A stretch of 59,434 nucleotides of DNA from Gekko japonicus (lineage: Eukaryota), in NCBI RefSeq assembly GCF_001447785.1, contig NW_015162057.1, forward strand, positions 32,515 through 91,948. The letters are read 5' to 3'. Both the position numbers and the translations under genes were made by a program. Shown here in pieces: positions 12,596-24,299 of the stretch. The number at the start of each line of letters is the position of its first letter. Position 1 is the stretch's first letter. The notes under the pieces were generated by a model, which saw only the letters and a program-made list of their open reading frames with translations, made no database searches and was not told the origin of the DNA.

Positions 12596-13975
12596 CTTTC
12601 ATTAGAAATGCTGAGGTGTCGTAGAAAGTATGTGCTGTACCATTCTAAGACATCATCCCTTAGTCTGTTACAGTTTAAATCACATAAATAAAAGCATACA
12701 TTTACCAAGCAGTGATGGCTTGGATCCAGTGGAGCACAATATTATATTCTCCCTACTGCAGCCCCTGAGGGGTTACATCGGGAATAGGAAGGAGAGAAAT
12801 GGAAAAGCTCCATTGGATCCAACCCAATGGTCTGTGACTTTCTCCCTTTTTTCTATTGCTTTGGGTCTATTTTCCTTTTCAGATAGAGAAACATGTCTGA
12901 ATCTTAGTCTGTGGAATTACTGCAGGATGAGCAGAGAACATTTAATGAAGGCTCTCTAGTTAGAAGAGTCTTTGATATTAATCCCATAATCACATTCTCT
13001 GTTTGGGGGGGGGAGGTGTTCCTGCACAGCAATGCTTTGATTGGTAAAACTACTTATTGACCTAGGCAACCTGGACAGGATAAGCTAAACATTAGAATTA
13101 AACAAGCCTTTCTGTTCCTCTCTGAATCTAATAACAGGTTTGAAAACTGTTTCCCACTTCTTAAAGTCCATCACTTTGTATTTAGTCTATTTCTATTTGT
13201 GGGTGTTTATCCAGAGCTCAGTGTTGAAATGGACAGCCTGAGTTTTAGGTTTGGGATAAAAACTGAGACGCTTCCAACCTGACTTGCTGCTTACTCAGTG
13301 AATAGTGAAAGCAGCCTATGCGGAAATAATCACAGCCCCAAAACCACCTCAGTCAACTGCATCTGCAGCTGAGAATAAATTTTAGATTATTTATAAGAGC
13401 AAGTAGCCACAGATTGCTACACTTCCTGCAAAGTTTAAAAAAAAATTCCATCGTTTTGGGTTTTTTTAAAAAAAGGCTTTGTCTCATAAAGGGTGCCCAT
13501 TAAGCTCTAGAGTTATGATGTCCAAGCAAAAGTATGTTCCCTTTTGAAAAGAGGGAGGGGAGACATCTTACAGCCTCCACAAACCAAAAAGGAGTACGAA
13601 GGTCAGGGGAGCTAGACAGTTCCCATTCCTTTCCTCACCACATTTCATGTCTTTTAGCAGACCAGAAATAAGCAATTGTTGCTTTAAAAATCTACTGAGG
13701 TAAGGTGTGGGTTGGGTAGGGTTTACCTTTCTAAGTCCTTAAAAAGGCAAGCGCACAACCTACTTTGTCTGCATGTGAATAGGCCAATATCAGCTGGGGG
13801 AACTTCTGCTGTGAAAATGGCATGTAGAAGAACTGTTCATCTCTCCAGTGCCCCTGAAGGTAATTTGAAAGACCTTTAAAACATCTGTTTCTCGGATCCT
13901 CGGCTCTGATCTGCTGCATCTCATCTGGCTTGGCCCTGACCAGTTGCCTACCTCACTCATGTTACTGATTGCAGT

Positions 13976-15716
13976 TAGAGATGTGAAGGCCCGGAAAAAA
14001 CCCGGAAAAATTCTGGGGGGGAACAGTTTCCCCCTGTTTTTTCCCTGAAGTCTTTTTTGTTTTTTTCTGAAAAATTGAAAAAAGAAATTGATTATGGAAC
14101 ATTTTATTTTAACATGATGAATAAAATATTTTAAGACAAGGTGTTCAAATATTTTCCAAATTATTTCTAAAAATATGTATGGTATCAGATCTAATTTCTG
14201 TGCACTGAGGACAAGCAAGTCCTAGGTTACAAACTGAACTCTCCAATGCAAGAACAAGATGCATTTCTTCCTTTAGGAGGTGCTATTGTCACAAGAAAAG
14301 AAAAAAGTTTTCAGTTTTGTTTTTGCATGTGGGTGGGTATTCTGTTTGTAATAATTGTTTGGATACACTATATTTTTCATATGCTAGCTGTGATAATTTC
14401 ATGCCAAGTAAAAATATCCATAGTCATATTTTATGTTCCTGAAGTAACAGAATGACTCTCAATCTGGAAAAGAAAAAAGAAGTGCTAATGTAGCATTTTT
14501 TTCAATTTTTCAAATAAACTTTTGTTAGTCTTAAAGGTGCCACTGGACTCTAAATTTGTTTTCTTAACAGGGCAGTTTTGGTTCAGGTTTTGATTAGCAA
14601 GTAGAACTATGTATTCAGGTAACTGATACACATGTGCACGCACATGTTAATTTAATAATAGCAAATTATTTTTATTTTGTCCCCTAAATTGTATGTTGTC
14701 ACTAGATGTTACCAAGTGTTCTATCAATATGTTGTTCTTCCCAACTTAAACTTAAAACTCCACCTGATCCTGGAACAAAATGCCTTAAACTTAATACATG
14801 GTCCAAAATTGGTTGGGTACTCAATGTTGGTTTTACTATTGAATGTGAAATTTGTGTGTACATGTACTTTAGGTTTAGAATGAATGTCCAAAAGGAGGTG
14901 ACCTGTCTTCGCTGACTTGTAAATTTATCTACTGCAAACAATTCATATGAGTGCTGGAAAACTGCTAATGGTGATTGACAGCTCCTCATGGGGAGTCTCT
15001 GTCCCATGTATTTTTTGTGTTCACTAAAAAAGTGCAGAACACCATTCCCAAAATAGTGTTGTGAGTGCTTCCAAATGGGCAGCATTTGCATGTGAATGTG
15101 AAAACTCACTGAAATGCATGTGTGCAATAACGTCTTAGAAAGCATTATGACATTATCCTTTTTCCCAGTGTCATGATTAATCTTATACAGCTGCATCATC
15201 TACAATATCTAATCATACATACAAAGACAAAAACTACAAATGCAAATGAAAACTGCTGTAGACTATTTGTTAATCAGGACTTACTTGCATAAAAACTTAT
15301 GTATATATGCCAATAATTTTATTGTTCTGTTTGAGTTTATTCCATCTGTCCCTAGTTACTTCATATCTAACATTCCCTCTTATATACATGTTGCCTGACT
15401 TTGTCTTTTTATTATTTTGTGTATTAAAAATTTAGTCCTAGTTTTCAGCTATATAATTAAAAATACTTTCAGTTTTCCTTGGAATTTTGACATCGGTCTA
15501 TTATGTCTATAGGATGTTAATTTTACCATTGTTGCATATTCATTTAATTTATTTTTCCATTCCTTGAATTCTGGACATTTTTCTGCCTTCCATCTTGATG
15601 CAAATATTACCCTTGCCAGTGTCACCATATAATTACATATTTTTGTGATATTGCTTGAAATAATATTTAATAACATATTTTGGGGGGTTGTGCTACAGTA
15701 GCAATCCTTCACTCTA
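13976..15716. mobile_element. Old non-autonomous DNA transposon (hAT-like), containing an L1 fragment
   Basis: Left end TAGAGATGTGAAGG, right end CCTTCAC(..)TCTA (imperfect TIR); subterminal CCGGAAAAA repeats; TSD degenerate. Confidence 0.45.
15300..15700 (-). mobile_element. L1-clade ORF2 C-terminal/3' fragment
   Basis: ORF 15449..15712 YMVTLARVIFASRWKAEKCPEFKEWKNKLNEYATMVKLT resembles the L1 ORF2 end and is homologous to 58361-58639. Confidence 0.7.
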
Positions 15717-15765
15717 AGTTGCTGCTTTTCACACTAGCTAGTCTGTTAACTGCCTAACTTTCAAC

Positions 15766-16279
15766 TAGGAGTGTGCACACACAAAAAATCAATATTTTTT
15801 GGTTTCAGGTAAACCAAGCCCAAAAAATATTGGTATATACTAATATTCCTAAATCCCAATATCAGTAAGATATTGGGGTTCAGGAATCAGTGCCATTATA
15901 TCCTATGGGGAAAGTCCCCATAGACTATAAGGGCACTGAAGCCTTCCCTTCCCCAGCACCCTACCTCTGGTCAGTTTCACTCCCTGCTGATCAGTTTAAA
16001 CTGCCTTTCCCCCCAGCATTGGCTTCCCCAGGCTCCCCTGTGGCTGTGGGCATCTGGGGAAGGGAAGGCAGAGCTGATCAGTTTCAGTCAACTGAAACTG
16101 ATCATTGTCTTCCATCCTCGATTTGGGGCCCTGAATAAAAGCTGAATAAGATTGGCTTTTATTTGGGAGAACCTTATCAGCAGCCGAATCTGATTCGGCT
16201 TAACAAATACCCAAAAAATACTAATAAGATATTTTTAGGGTATTTTTTTCAGTTCGGCAAAGCCAAATGCACACCCCTC
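15766..16279. mobile_element. hAT-type MITE (TAGGxGTGTGCA TIR family)
   Basis: TIRs TAGGAGTGTGCA...TGCACACCCCT; 8-bp TSD CTTTCAAC (15758-15765 and 16280-16287). Confidence 0.8.
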
Positions 16280-17340
16280 CTTTCAACTATAGAAGCTGAA
16301 CAAAGTTTGAGTCCAGTGACACCTTTACGACCAACAAAGTTTTATTCAAAGTGAAATTGTTTGTCCTCCAGTGACTGTCCTTTCATTACTTTTCTGAGAC
16401 TTTGTTTACAATCATAAGTATAAAACTGTGGCATGTCAAAAACATTTTTTATACAGATAACAGATTGTGGACAGGTGGTGTCTTTCAGAAAATTCCTGTT
16501 TCAGCAAAATCTGTTCACTTCCTAAATTGGTTTGTGCTCAGTGGAGCGAGAACTTCAGGTGTTCAGGGTGTCTAAATTTGGCTTTTTATTTTGACTGGAA
16601 CTCTGCCAAACTGTGACAATCAAACCCAATAGTGACATTTTGGAGCCAAAGTAGATTTCATGGGGGCATCTATTAGTATTCACATCTGCTGTATGCATGT
16701 ACCAAGTGAGGGATGTGGTTCCCTTTTTGCACACAGAATAAAATGTGAGAGGGCCTGAAACGTGCTCTTCCTTTGTTCATGTTTTATATGCTTCAGGCTT
16801 CCTCACTTTTAATATCTTAGCTTGGCTTGGAGAGAGATTGTTTAATCAGTGGAGCATAATGATGAAAGGGAAGGGCAAGGTTTAGCTCCCTTTATCCACA
16901 TCTTCATTCTGTTAGGAGGATTAATAGCCTCTGCATCTCCCATTTCCACAGGGTTGACACTTGAATAAACAATAGCCAGTGTACAGATTTAGTCCTTAGT
17001 TAAAATAAATACTTGAGGAGCTATATGGCCCTGAATTTCTATATGCTCTTGAGTAATAAGAAATGGATTGTCACTGCTTTCGGGAAGGTGCTGTATATGT
17101 TTTTGTAGTACATGAATGTGGAAGCTCTGTACGCGTAAGGAGCATTTAGACAGGTCTGTTGTGTTGGTGTCATTAAACAAGCTGTTTGACATGAAGCAGA
17201 TGGTCAGTTTTAAGATGTGTCCTCTCAGGTATGCTGTGATATGGTAGTCCTTTGGTCCTCCTTTGTGTGTGTGTGTGTGTATCCTTTGATTTTTCATGTT
17301 ATATTACTTTTGCCGGTGAAAACATAGTTGAATCTTTGTG

Positions 17341-17542
17341 GTGGTGTGTGTATGCCTCGGAGTCACAGTTGACTTCTGGTGACCCCTAGTGGGGCTTGGA
17401 CATTTCAGAGCTTACCACTGCCTGCTTCTGCATCCCAGCCCTGGTATTCATTTGAGGTCTCCCAAGTATTTGCCGGGGTCGGCCCTGCTTAGCTTCCAAG
17501 ATTTGATAAGATCGGTCTTGCCTGGGCTATCCAGGTTAGGGC
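17341..17542 (-). mobile_element. 5S rRNA-derived SINE (5S-Sauria-like)
   Basis: Reverse strand GCCCTAACCTGGATAGCCCAGGCAAGACCGATCTTATCAAATCTTGGAAGCTAAGCAGGGCCG; RTE-like 3' end. Confidence 0.7.
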
Positions 17543-17848
17543 AAAGCATGGTTGAATTTTTGGCAGTAGGTCAATTGTAAACATAGACTGAGGCTCCCGA
17601 CTTTTCATGTAATCATGTTAGAGAATTGTGTTTAGAGAGGCGACTGAAGGAACAGGGGTCATAAAGATAGCAGAGCAAAGTGATCTGCTACTTTCCTTGG
17701 TCCTTGTGTACTGTGGGCTTCCAAGTAATGCAGCTTCCCATCCCCCCCTTTCTATGTTCAGTGAATCTATAATATAACCTGTTTCCAAGGGGTTGATTGT
17801 CTCACCTCTCATATGCTTGATATTAAACTGTGCCTATGAAGACTATCA

Positions 17849-18196
17849 GGAGCTGCGGTGGCTCAAGTGGTTAAGACGCTGAACTGCAGGCTGCGGAAGG
17901 TCAGTAGTTCAGCAGTTCGAGACCCAGGTGCTGCATGACGGGGTGAGCTCCCGTCTCTAGTTCCAGCTCCTGCCAACCTAGCAGTTCGAAAGCAAGAAAT
18001 TGCAAGTAGATAAATAGGTACCACTTCGGTGGGAAGGTAACAGCGTTCCGTGTGCCTTGGTGTTTAGTCATGCCGGCCACATGACCACGGAAACGTCTTT
18101 GGACAGTGCTGGCTCTTAAACTTTGAAATGGAGATGAGCACCGCAACCCTAGAGTCGGATTCAACTGGCTTTCAAGCAAGGGAACCTTTACCTTTT
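17849..18196 (+). mobile_element. Sauria-type tRNA SINE
   Basis: A box TGGCTCAAGTGG, B box GTTCGAGACC, (ACCTTT)n tail; imperfect TSD TATGAA(GA/CC)CTATCA. Confidence 0.85.
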
Positions 18197-18266
18197 TATG
18201 AACCCTATCACTTCAGCCCTTTTGTATTTTTCTTGTGTGTGTGTGTATGGCTAGTACTGAACACGT

Positions 18267-18612
18267 AAGGTAAAGGTAAAGGTTTCCCTTGCTCGAAAGC
18301 CAGTCAAATCCGACTCTAGGGGGCGGTGCTCATCTCCGTTTCCGAGCTGAAGAGCCAGCACTGTCCAAAGACTTTTTCAATAGTCATGTGGCCGGCATGA
18401 CTAAATGCCGAGGTGCACAGAACGCTGTTACCTTCCCACCGAAGCGGTACCTATTTATCTACTTGCAATTCCTTGCTTTCAAACAGCTAGGTTGGCAGGA
18501 GCTGGGGCCAGAGACGGGAGCTCACTCCGTCATGTGGCACACTCGGGTCTTGAACTGAAGAGCTACTGACCTTCTGGTCTGCAGCTCAGCATCTTGAGCT
18601 ACCGTGACCCTT
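18267..18612 (-). mobile_element. Sauria-type tRNA SINE
   Basis: Reverse complement of the same family (AAGGTAAAGGTAAAGG tail at left); TSD CTGAACA(C/T)GTAA. Confidence 0.85.
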
Positions 18613-18770
18613 GCTGAACATGTAAACCTACCGAAAGTATGTTTTCCTGTGTTGAATCCTAAAAACATTTACTTTAAATAGTATTACAAATGTAATTTTG
18701 AGTTTGACCTCCTTTCTATTATTGCAGTTTCATACATTTAATGCCAAGGGTTAGAAAATTATCTCTATGA

Positions 18771-19410
18771 TGTTAGAGGTGGCAGCTGATCCTTCCTACG
18801 TTGGGCTTATTGCTGCTCAAAAGTTCAGGAGGATCTGTGGCTGATTCATGTGTAGGGAGCTATTGGCTACGAGATGGTCTCGATCACTGAGAATTTTGTG
18901 TGTCTGACAGATACCTGCTTGCAGTGGGAACGAAGATAATGAGCTAGAGCTTAGAATTGGGAGTATAGCCCCAGGGGCAAGGCTGCCCAAGAAGAGGACT
19001 GGGTACTCTCCTGCCTTGTAGGAGGGCCTGCCTCTACTTATACTTTGGCTGTATATTGTAAATAAATCAAATATTAGAGATACCACAAATCGCCATTATT
19101 CTTGCTTCCCTAGGAAGCCAAATCCGGTACAGCCTCCCCAGAAATTCTCTCTGGAGGAGTGGGAAGCTTGCAACAGGAGCTTGAGCTGGAGTTTAGTGCC
19201 TGTATTAAAATATTAGAGATATCACAAATCGCCATTATTCTTGCTTCCCTAGGAAGCCAAATCCAGTACAGCCTTGTGGTGTATTCAAGGTGACCAGTGT
19301 CTGTATGAAAACACAGTAATTGAAACACCATGTGAAGCTTCGTCCTGGGCTAGGATCCTAATCCCTCAATTACTATTGGTAGCCCAGGAAGAGCCGATCA
19401 TTCACCAACA
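18771..19410 (+). mobile_element. Possible solo LTR with an internal 66-bp duplication
   Basis: TGTTAG...CCAACA ends, TATA-like and AATAAA motifs, 19069-19135 repeated at 19208-19274; no TSD found. Confidence 0.35.
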
Positions 19411-19615
19411 TCCAGTTCCATGAGAGGGAACACTTGTGATTGGTTCTTATCCATACAACCTCATAGGTTGGTATTGTAAAATAGGGCGTGGCTACATTAG
19501 CCGGGAGAGTTTAAAAGACGAACAGCTTCAATGCTAAAGCTGTTCTACTTTCATGCCCGTAGCTCACAAAGTAGAATTTTTGCTCACAAACCTCCCCAGC
19601 TTAGAGAGAACATTG

Positions 19616-20145
19616 GTCTTAACTGGTTTTATTGCGCTGTTTATATAAGGATTGACCTCCCTGAGCCTACTTGCGGGGGAGGGAGTGCTAGAAGCCCAAT
19701 AAATTAATATACTAAAGAAGATAAGTAAAAATGTACACCAAAGGGCCGAAATAGATGTGGCCACTGCCATTTCAAATTCATTTTATAATGTTGCTGAGGT
19801 TGCATACAGTGTGCACGGAGGAGTTGTGTGTCCTGTAGAGGGTTCTTCCAAAAGGCAAAGTTACGTAGTGATACCATGGGTAGAGTGGGTATTTTAAAGG
19901 TGCCATTGACAGTGGTCTATCAGTACACATTGGGATAGTGACTTTTAAATTGTGTTACTGTGTCTTAACTGGTTTTATTGCGCTGTTTGTATAATGATGT
20001 GACCTCCCTGAGCCTACTTGCGGGGGAGGGAGTGCTAGAAGCCCAATAAATTAAAATACTAAAGAAGATAAGTAAAAATGTACATCAAAGGGCCGAAATA
20101 GATGTGGCCACCGCCATTTCAAATTCATTTCATAATGTTGCTGAG
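19616..20145 (+). repeat. Direct repeat of about 183 bp (19616-19798 and 19962-20145), next to a truncated hAT MITE end (about 19555-19615)
   Basis: Both copies run GTCTTAACTGGTTTTATTGCGCTG...AATGTTGCTGAG with a few substitutions. Confidence 0.85.
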
Positions 20146-21150
20146 TAGGCTTATGGCAGGCTTAGGTGCAGGGGGACGGAAAGATCAGTCCCTTGCAACC
20201 TTTTCAAATGACTTTAAAATGACAGCAGCCACAAAGAATCCATCACGTCTACTTTGGACCTCGTTTGCATGGCCGCCTTGATTCATACCTGGTGTCCTAT
20301 GCGGGTGGACAAGGCTTCATTGTACTGAGCTCTTAGTTTACCAAGGGCTGGGCATCCAAACCCCATAAATATGCTGTCACTTTCTAAACAAATTAAAGTG
20401 ATCGTCAGCTGACCAGAAACAAGTGTCAGGCAGAGGAGAGGTGGTTCCATACAAAAATTCGGCTCTTAGGTAGAGAGCAGGCTTTGCGGAAGGATTGGGT
20501 GCAGAAAGTTCTTGGTTCCAAAGCAATCGCACAATGTTTGTGCTTCCTCAAACTTGAAGGACATGAACTTGTATCCTAAATATCTCTTCAGAATGCAAGG
20601 TTAACCAGTTTTAGACACTGGGATTTGCTGACAGACCTTCTGTTAAGCATTTGTATCTCTTTTACTCCACCAGCACTACCTCCGGATCATGTGGCTTCTG
20701 TGAGTGGGAAATGGCTGAAAATTATAGCACATAAAGATAGTGAGGGGAGGGGAACAGTTTCTAGCAGTTTCCTTATCTCTTGCAAGTCGGATGCCACTTA
20801 GTGTGTACAGACAGGCTGAAAATAACACTGGCAGTAAACAACCAGTACCAGCTATTTTTATGGATAAGGAAGCTGTGCAGTTCTAAGTGGACATAGGCCA
20901 ACTAGCATAGCAGAGAATGGGATGCATTTATAGAATGAGTAATGTTTTACATACCGGTAGTTATCATGTGTGTGTATGTGGCACATACATAAGAGGATGT
21001 TTGTGTTCTCTTAAGAAATATCTGAATAGGTTTCCAAGCTTGAAAAAGAGCACTAGGTATCAACAAGTTTTGGCCTCTTGGTCATTTCCAGAAATAATAG
21101 CCCAGTTTAAACGAACTTAGCATTCCTTTATCCTTTTGTTCTTTTAACAG

Positions 21151-21434
21151 ATGGTTATTCAGGCTCCTCCAATGAAAATGGAGGAAAGTCTGAATCGGTG
21201 GCAAATTTACAGCCTCAGCCCTCCCTCAATTCCATCCAGAGCTCACCTGGTCCAAAGCGTTCAACGAACACATTGAAAAAATGGTTAACAAGCCCCGTCC
21301 GTCGGCTGAACAGTGGGAAAGCAGACAGTAACATCAAAAAGCAAAAAAAAGTGCGTGAAGGAAGGAAGAGCTTTGATTTGGGATCCCCCAAACCTGGAGA
21401 TGAGACTACACCTCAGGGAGACAGTGCTGATGAG
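21151..21434 (+). CDS. KALRN: Kalirin coding exon (post-SH3 linker; (D)GYSGSSNENGGKSESVANLQ...PQGDSADE)
   Basis: Acceptor cttttaacag|21151, donor 21434|gtatgg; translation NTLKKWLTSPVRRLNSGKAD...GRKSFDLGSPKPGDETTPQGDSADE matches recalled mammalian kalirin; phase 1 in, phase 0 out. Confidence 0.96.
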
Positions 21435-21524
21435 GTATGGAGGACGTTCAGTGCATTTATTTTAATAATGCTGACTTGGATGTAGCATTTTTTTTAGTTG
21501 AGTGTGTGTCACTGGTCACTGGTT

Positions 21525-22256
21525 CAGGCCCGTAGCCAGGATTTTGTCATTCAGGGGGGTCTTTAGATAAGTCAGGGGGCACTGATGTCACAAAATAAAA
21601 AACAAAATTAAAATTAAATTGTTTAAAAACTCATTTTTGCAGCGTTCACACTCTGCCAGCCTAAGTGGGGAGCAGGGTTATTTTTGGGCAGGAACGCACA
21701 GGAACAGAGTTCCGGCTGGCTCCTGAGTTGGCCACACCCAGCAGGAACTTATTAGCATAATAGGCCACACCCAACAGCAGAAACGCATTAGAATTGGCTA
21801 CAATAGGGGTGTGTGGCCTGACATGCAAAGGAATTCCTGCTACAAAAAAAACTTCTGGATTTTGACAACAAAGTAAACAGAATAAGAAGCAAAAGGTGGG
21901 TGTGGCTGGATGACCACACTTCTGGTAACATGGGGGTGCGGCCTAATAGACTAATGTGCTGTGATGTCATATGCTAATGAGTGTCTGCTGTTGGGTGTGG
22001 CCTATTATGCTCATAAGTTCCTGCTGGGCGTGGCCAACTTGGGAGCCAGCCGGAACTCCGTTCCTGTGCATCCCTGCCCAAAAATAGCCCTGAGTCCTTG
22101 GATGGTAAAGCAGGTCTGACCCACTGGGGGGAGGCCCACTGAGCCATGATTGCTGCCCTTACAAGGTGCCAGGGGCCTGGGGGGTTGATGGAATTGGGGG
22201 GGGCTTGACAGGAAGGGGGGCAGGCCCCGAAATGCCCCACTGTAGCTACGGGCCTG
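21525..22256. mobile_element. hAT-type non-autonomous DNA transposon (composite)
   Basis: TIRs CAGGCCCGTAGC...GCTACGGGCCTG; perfect 8-bp TSD CACTGGTT; internal CATTAGCAT/GGCCACACCC modules shared with 27092-27430. Confidence 0.88.
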
Positions 22257-23075
22257 CACTGGTTCTAAGTTTTAAAGTCAAGTCTTCGTGTCTTGGCTGT
22301 GTACAACAACCTACAAGCAGGCTACCTGCTTCCCTCCCTCTGTCCTCATGTATCCGCATGATATGAGTTTGGGCATGTCAATTATTTACTTATTATATGA
22401 GTTAAAAGTCCGTCAGGCTTCTTGGAGGAACAGGATCTCCCTTCTAGCATTTTTCTTCCACTCATGCTGTAGCAGGGTCTGCATGGATTTACTGTATTTT
22501 GATGCTGATACGGATGCTTTTTTCACTTCTGAATTTTTGTTCTTTTATTGGTATCTAATGTGTACTGAAGTATGTTGATGTTATTTTTGATAGCAAGGGA
22601 AGTGCCTTACCCATGCTAGATATAAATACTTGGAACTGCATCATTGGAAGGGCCTATTGTGAGCAAGCATAAACCTTCAGGATTTTAGCAAGACTCAGAA
22701 TTGGGCTCTTGATCCAATTCCATGAGAATAGGGTAGATAGCTCAATAAAATGTTGAAATGGCAATTGACCATTGTTGTGCTTAAAACTAGCTATATGGCC
22801 AATTCTGAATAAGTAGATCCTGTTGCTGTCTCAATATTTAACTTACATTTGCAAATGCTGAACACTGTAGATCTTACCCTGAAAAGAAAATGCTGAAAGT
22901 GCACACTGATACTAAAGTAAGCCTTTTGACTATGTTTAACTGCATATTGTATATGTAACTTCTTTGCTTAGAGTAAGACAGTCTGAGCATGGATTTTTAG
23001 TAATATAAAAATACCGGCGGGACTCTGATATTGGCCTCCTTGCACTGTTTGTAACACTAATTCTCTTGCTTTCAG

Positions 23076-23180
23076 AAGATCAAGAAAGGTTGGGGCGAAG
23101 ATGAACCAGATGAAGAATCTCATACCCCACTCCCTCCTCCTATGAAGATTTTTGATAATGATCCCACACAGGATGAAATG
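23076..23180 (+). CDS. KALRN: Kalirin coding exon KIKKGWGEDEPDEESHTPLPPPMKIFDNDPTQDEM
   Basis: ttctcttgctttcag|aag acceptor (NAGNAG), donor |gtaagg; 105 nt, phase 0/0; near-identical to recalled kalirin. Confidence 0.96.
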
Positions 23181-23336
23181 GTAAGGTGCTAACTTCTTCC
23201 CCCCAAAAAATTAACCTTGCTTTGAAGAATCTTCCAAGGAGCCAGGCATGATGATTCATTAGGCTGCTATAATTCTGACTTCATATCTAGAAGGAAGATT
23301 GATCGAGTAATCCATGTTCGAAAGTCTTTCCTCCAG

Positions 23337-23609
23337 TCCTTATGGATATGGACCTCAGCTGTTGCTGTAATCGGAGTTTTTGCGGAGTCCCCTGTTTACC
23401 TGTGTTGCTTGACTGTTTCTGTGTGTGTTTCATTAGTTTTGTGTTCCATATTTTTGCTGTTGAGCAGTGGCTGTCAAACGTCTTTACCATTAGGAAATAT
23501 TTCCCATGTCACCTTATCTCTGAGTGTTGCAGATACTTCTGGAGCATATTCTGTGGTGAGTGCCCAGGTGACACAGGCCAATTCTGTGGGGTTTCCCCAT
23601 GTGAACTGA
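23337..23609 (+). CDS. KALRN: Candidate alternative terminal exon (Kalirin-8-like short isoform), 90-aa hydrophobic C-tail SLWIWTSAVAVIGVFAESPVYLCCLTVSVCVSLVLCSIFLLLSSGC...GFPHVN*
   Basis: Acceptor gtctttcctccag|23337 lies 156 nt after the 23180 donor and is in phase 0; 91 uninterrupted codons to TGA; extends the 23409..23609 ORF of the track; AATAAA at 24705, 25875 and 25910. Confidence 0.6.
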   Translation, partial: SLWIWTSAVAVIGVFAESPVYLCCLTVSVCVSLVLCSIFLLLSSGCQTSLPLGNISHVTLSLSVADTSGAYSVVSAQVTQANSVGFPHVN

Positions 23610-24093
23610 GTGCACACTAAAACATACCTTAAGCTCTCTTGAAACTGAGCATTCCAGGAGGAGTCAGTCGGAGGAAAGATGTCCTTAAGGAAAGCTTGTC
23701 CGGCATGGATTGTCTCCTTCTGGAAGATCATAACGTTTCCAAGAATACAGCGGGAAAATCATTGCGGAAATGCAGCAACAGTGCACGTTGTGTTCTAGTA
23801 TGATGCTGGCGGTGCTGCATCCACATGTCTTGTAAGAAAAGATAAGTTAGCCCAGGTGCATTGGGAACTAACTTTTAGTGGTCCCATGTGTGGTGCTGGA
23901 AGTACCAGGGCTTAGAAAACCTTCTCAGACCCATCATGAGTCCACTGAATGTTGTTGACTTCCCCCATGTTTCTGCCTCTCTTACTTTACAGTTGGGTGC
24001 AGATGCTCTTCATACTATCGCTTCCCAGCCATGTGTATAGGAGCAAGCCCAAACCTTCTATGTTTCTGCTTCCATAGAAAAGCAGGTCAAGGC

Positions 24094-24299
24094 CAGTGTT
24101 CCCTCTAAGCTGAGTTAGTGTGAACTAGCTCACAGTTTTTTAGCCTCCGGCTCACGCGTTGTTGTCTTAGCTCAGGAAGGAGGGCTCCAGAGCAAAAGGA
24201 TTTATGCAGCAGCCAAATCGCTCGCTCACAACTTTAATGCCAGCAGCTCAAAAAGTAGAATTTTTGCTCACAAGACTCCACAGCTTAGAGGGAACACTG
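24094..24299. mobile_element. hAT MITE family B
   Basis: TIRs CAGTGTTCCCTCTAAGCTG...CAGCTTAGAGGGAACACTG; perfect 8-bp TSD GTCAAGGC. Confidence 0.9.

Noticed and set aside
14702-15199. 165-aa ORF inside the putative DNA transposon as a transposase
   Set aside because: No recognisable DDE, BED-finger or hAT dimerisation motifs.
17341-17542. 5S rRNA gene or tRNA genes
   Set aside because: All such matches are degenerate SINE heads fused to LINE-derived tails.
1-21150. Alternative first exon of the Duet/Trad isoform (recalled motif ...WLFAKCCCCFPCR)
   Set aside because: No matching sequence found by eye or in the ORF track; it probably lies upstream of the window. A tblastn search would settle it.
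23474-23731. 85-aa minus-strand ORF suggesting a nested antisense gene
   Set aside because: No recognisable homology or exon structure; better explained as the shadow of the + strand candidate exon.
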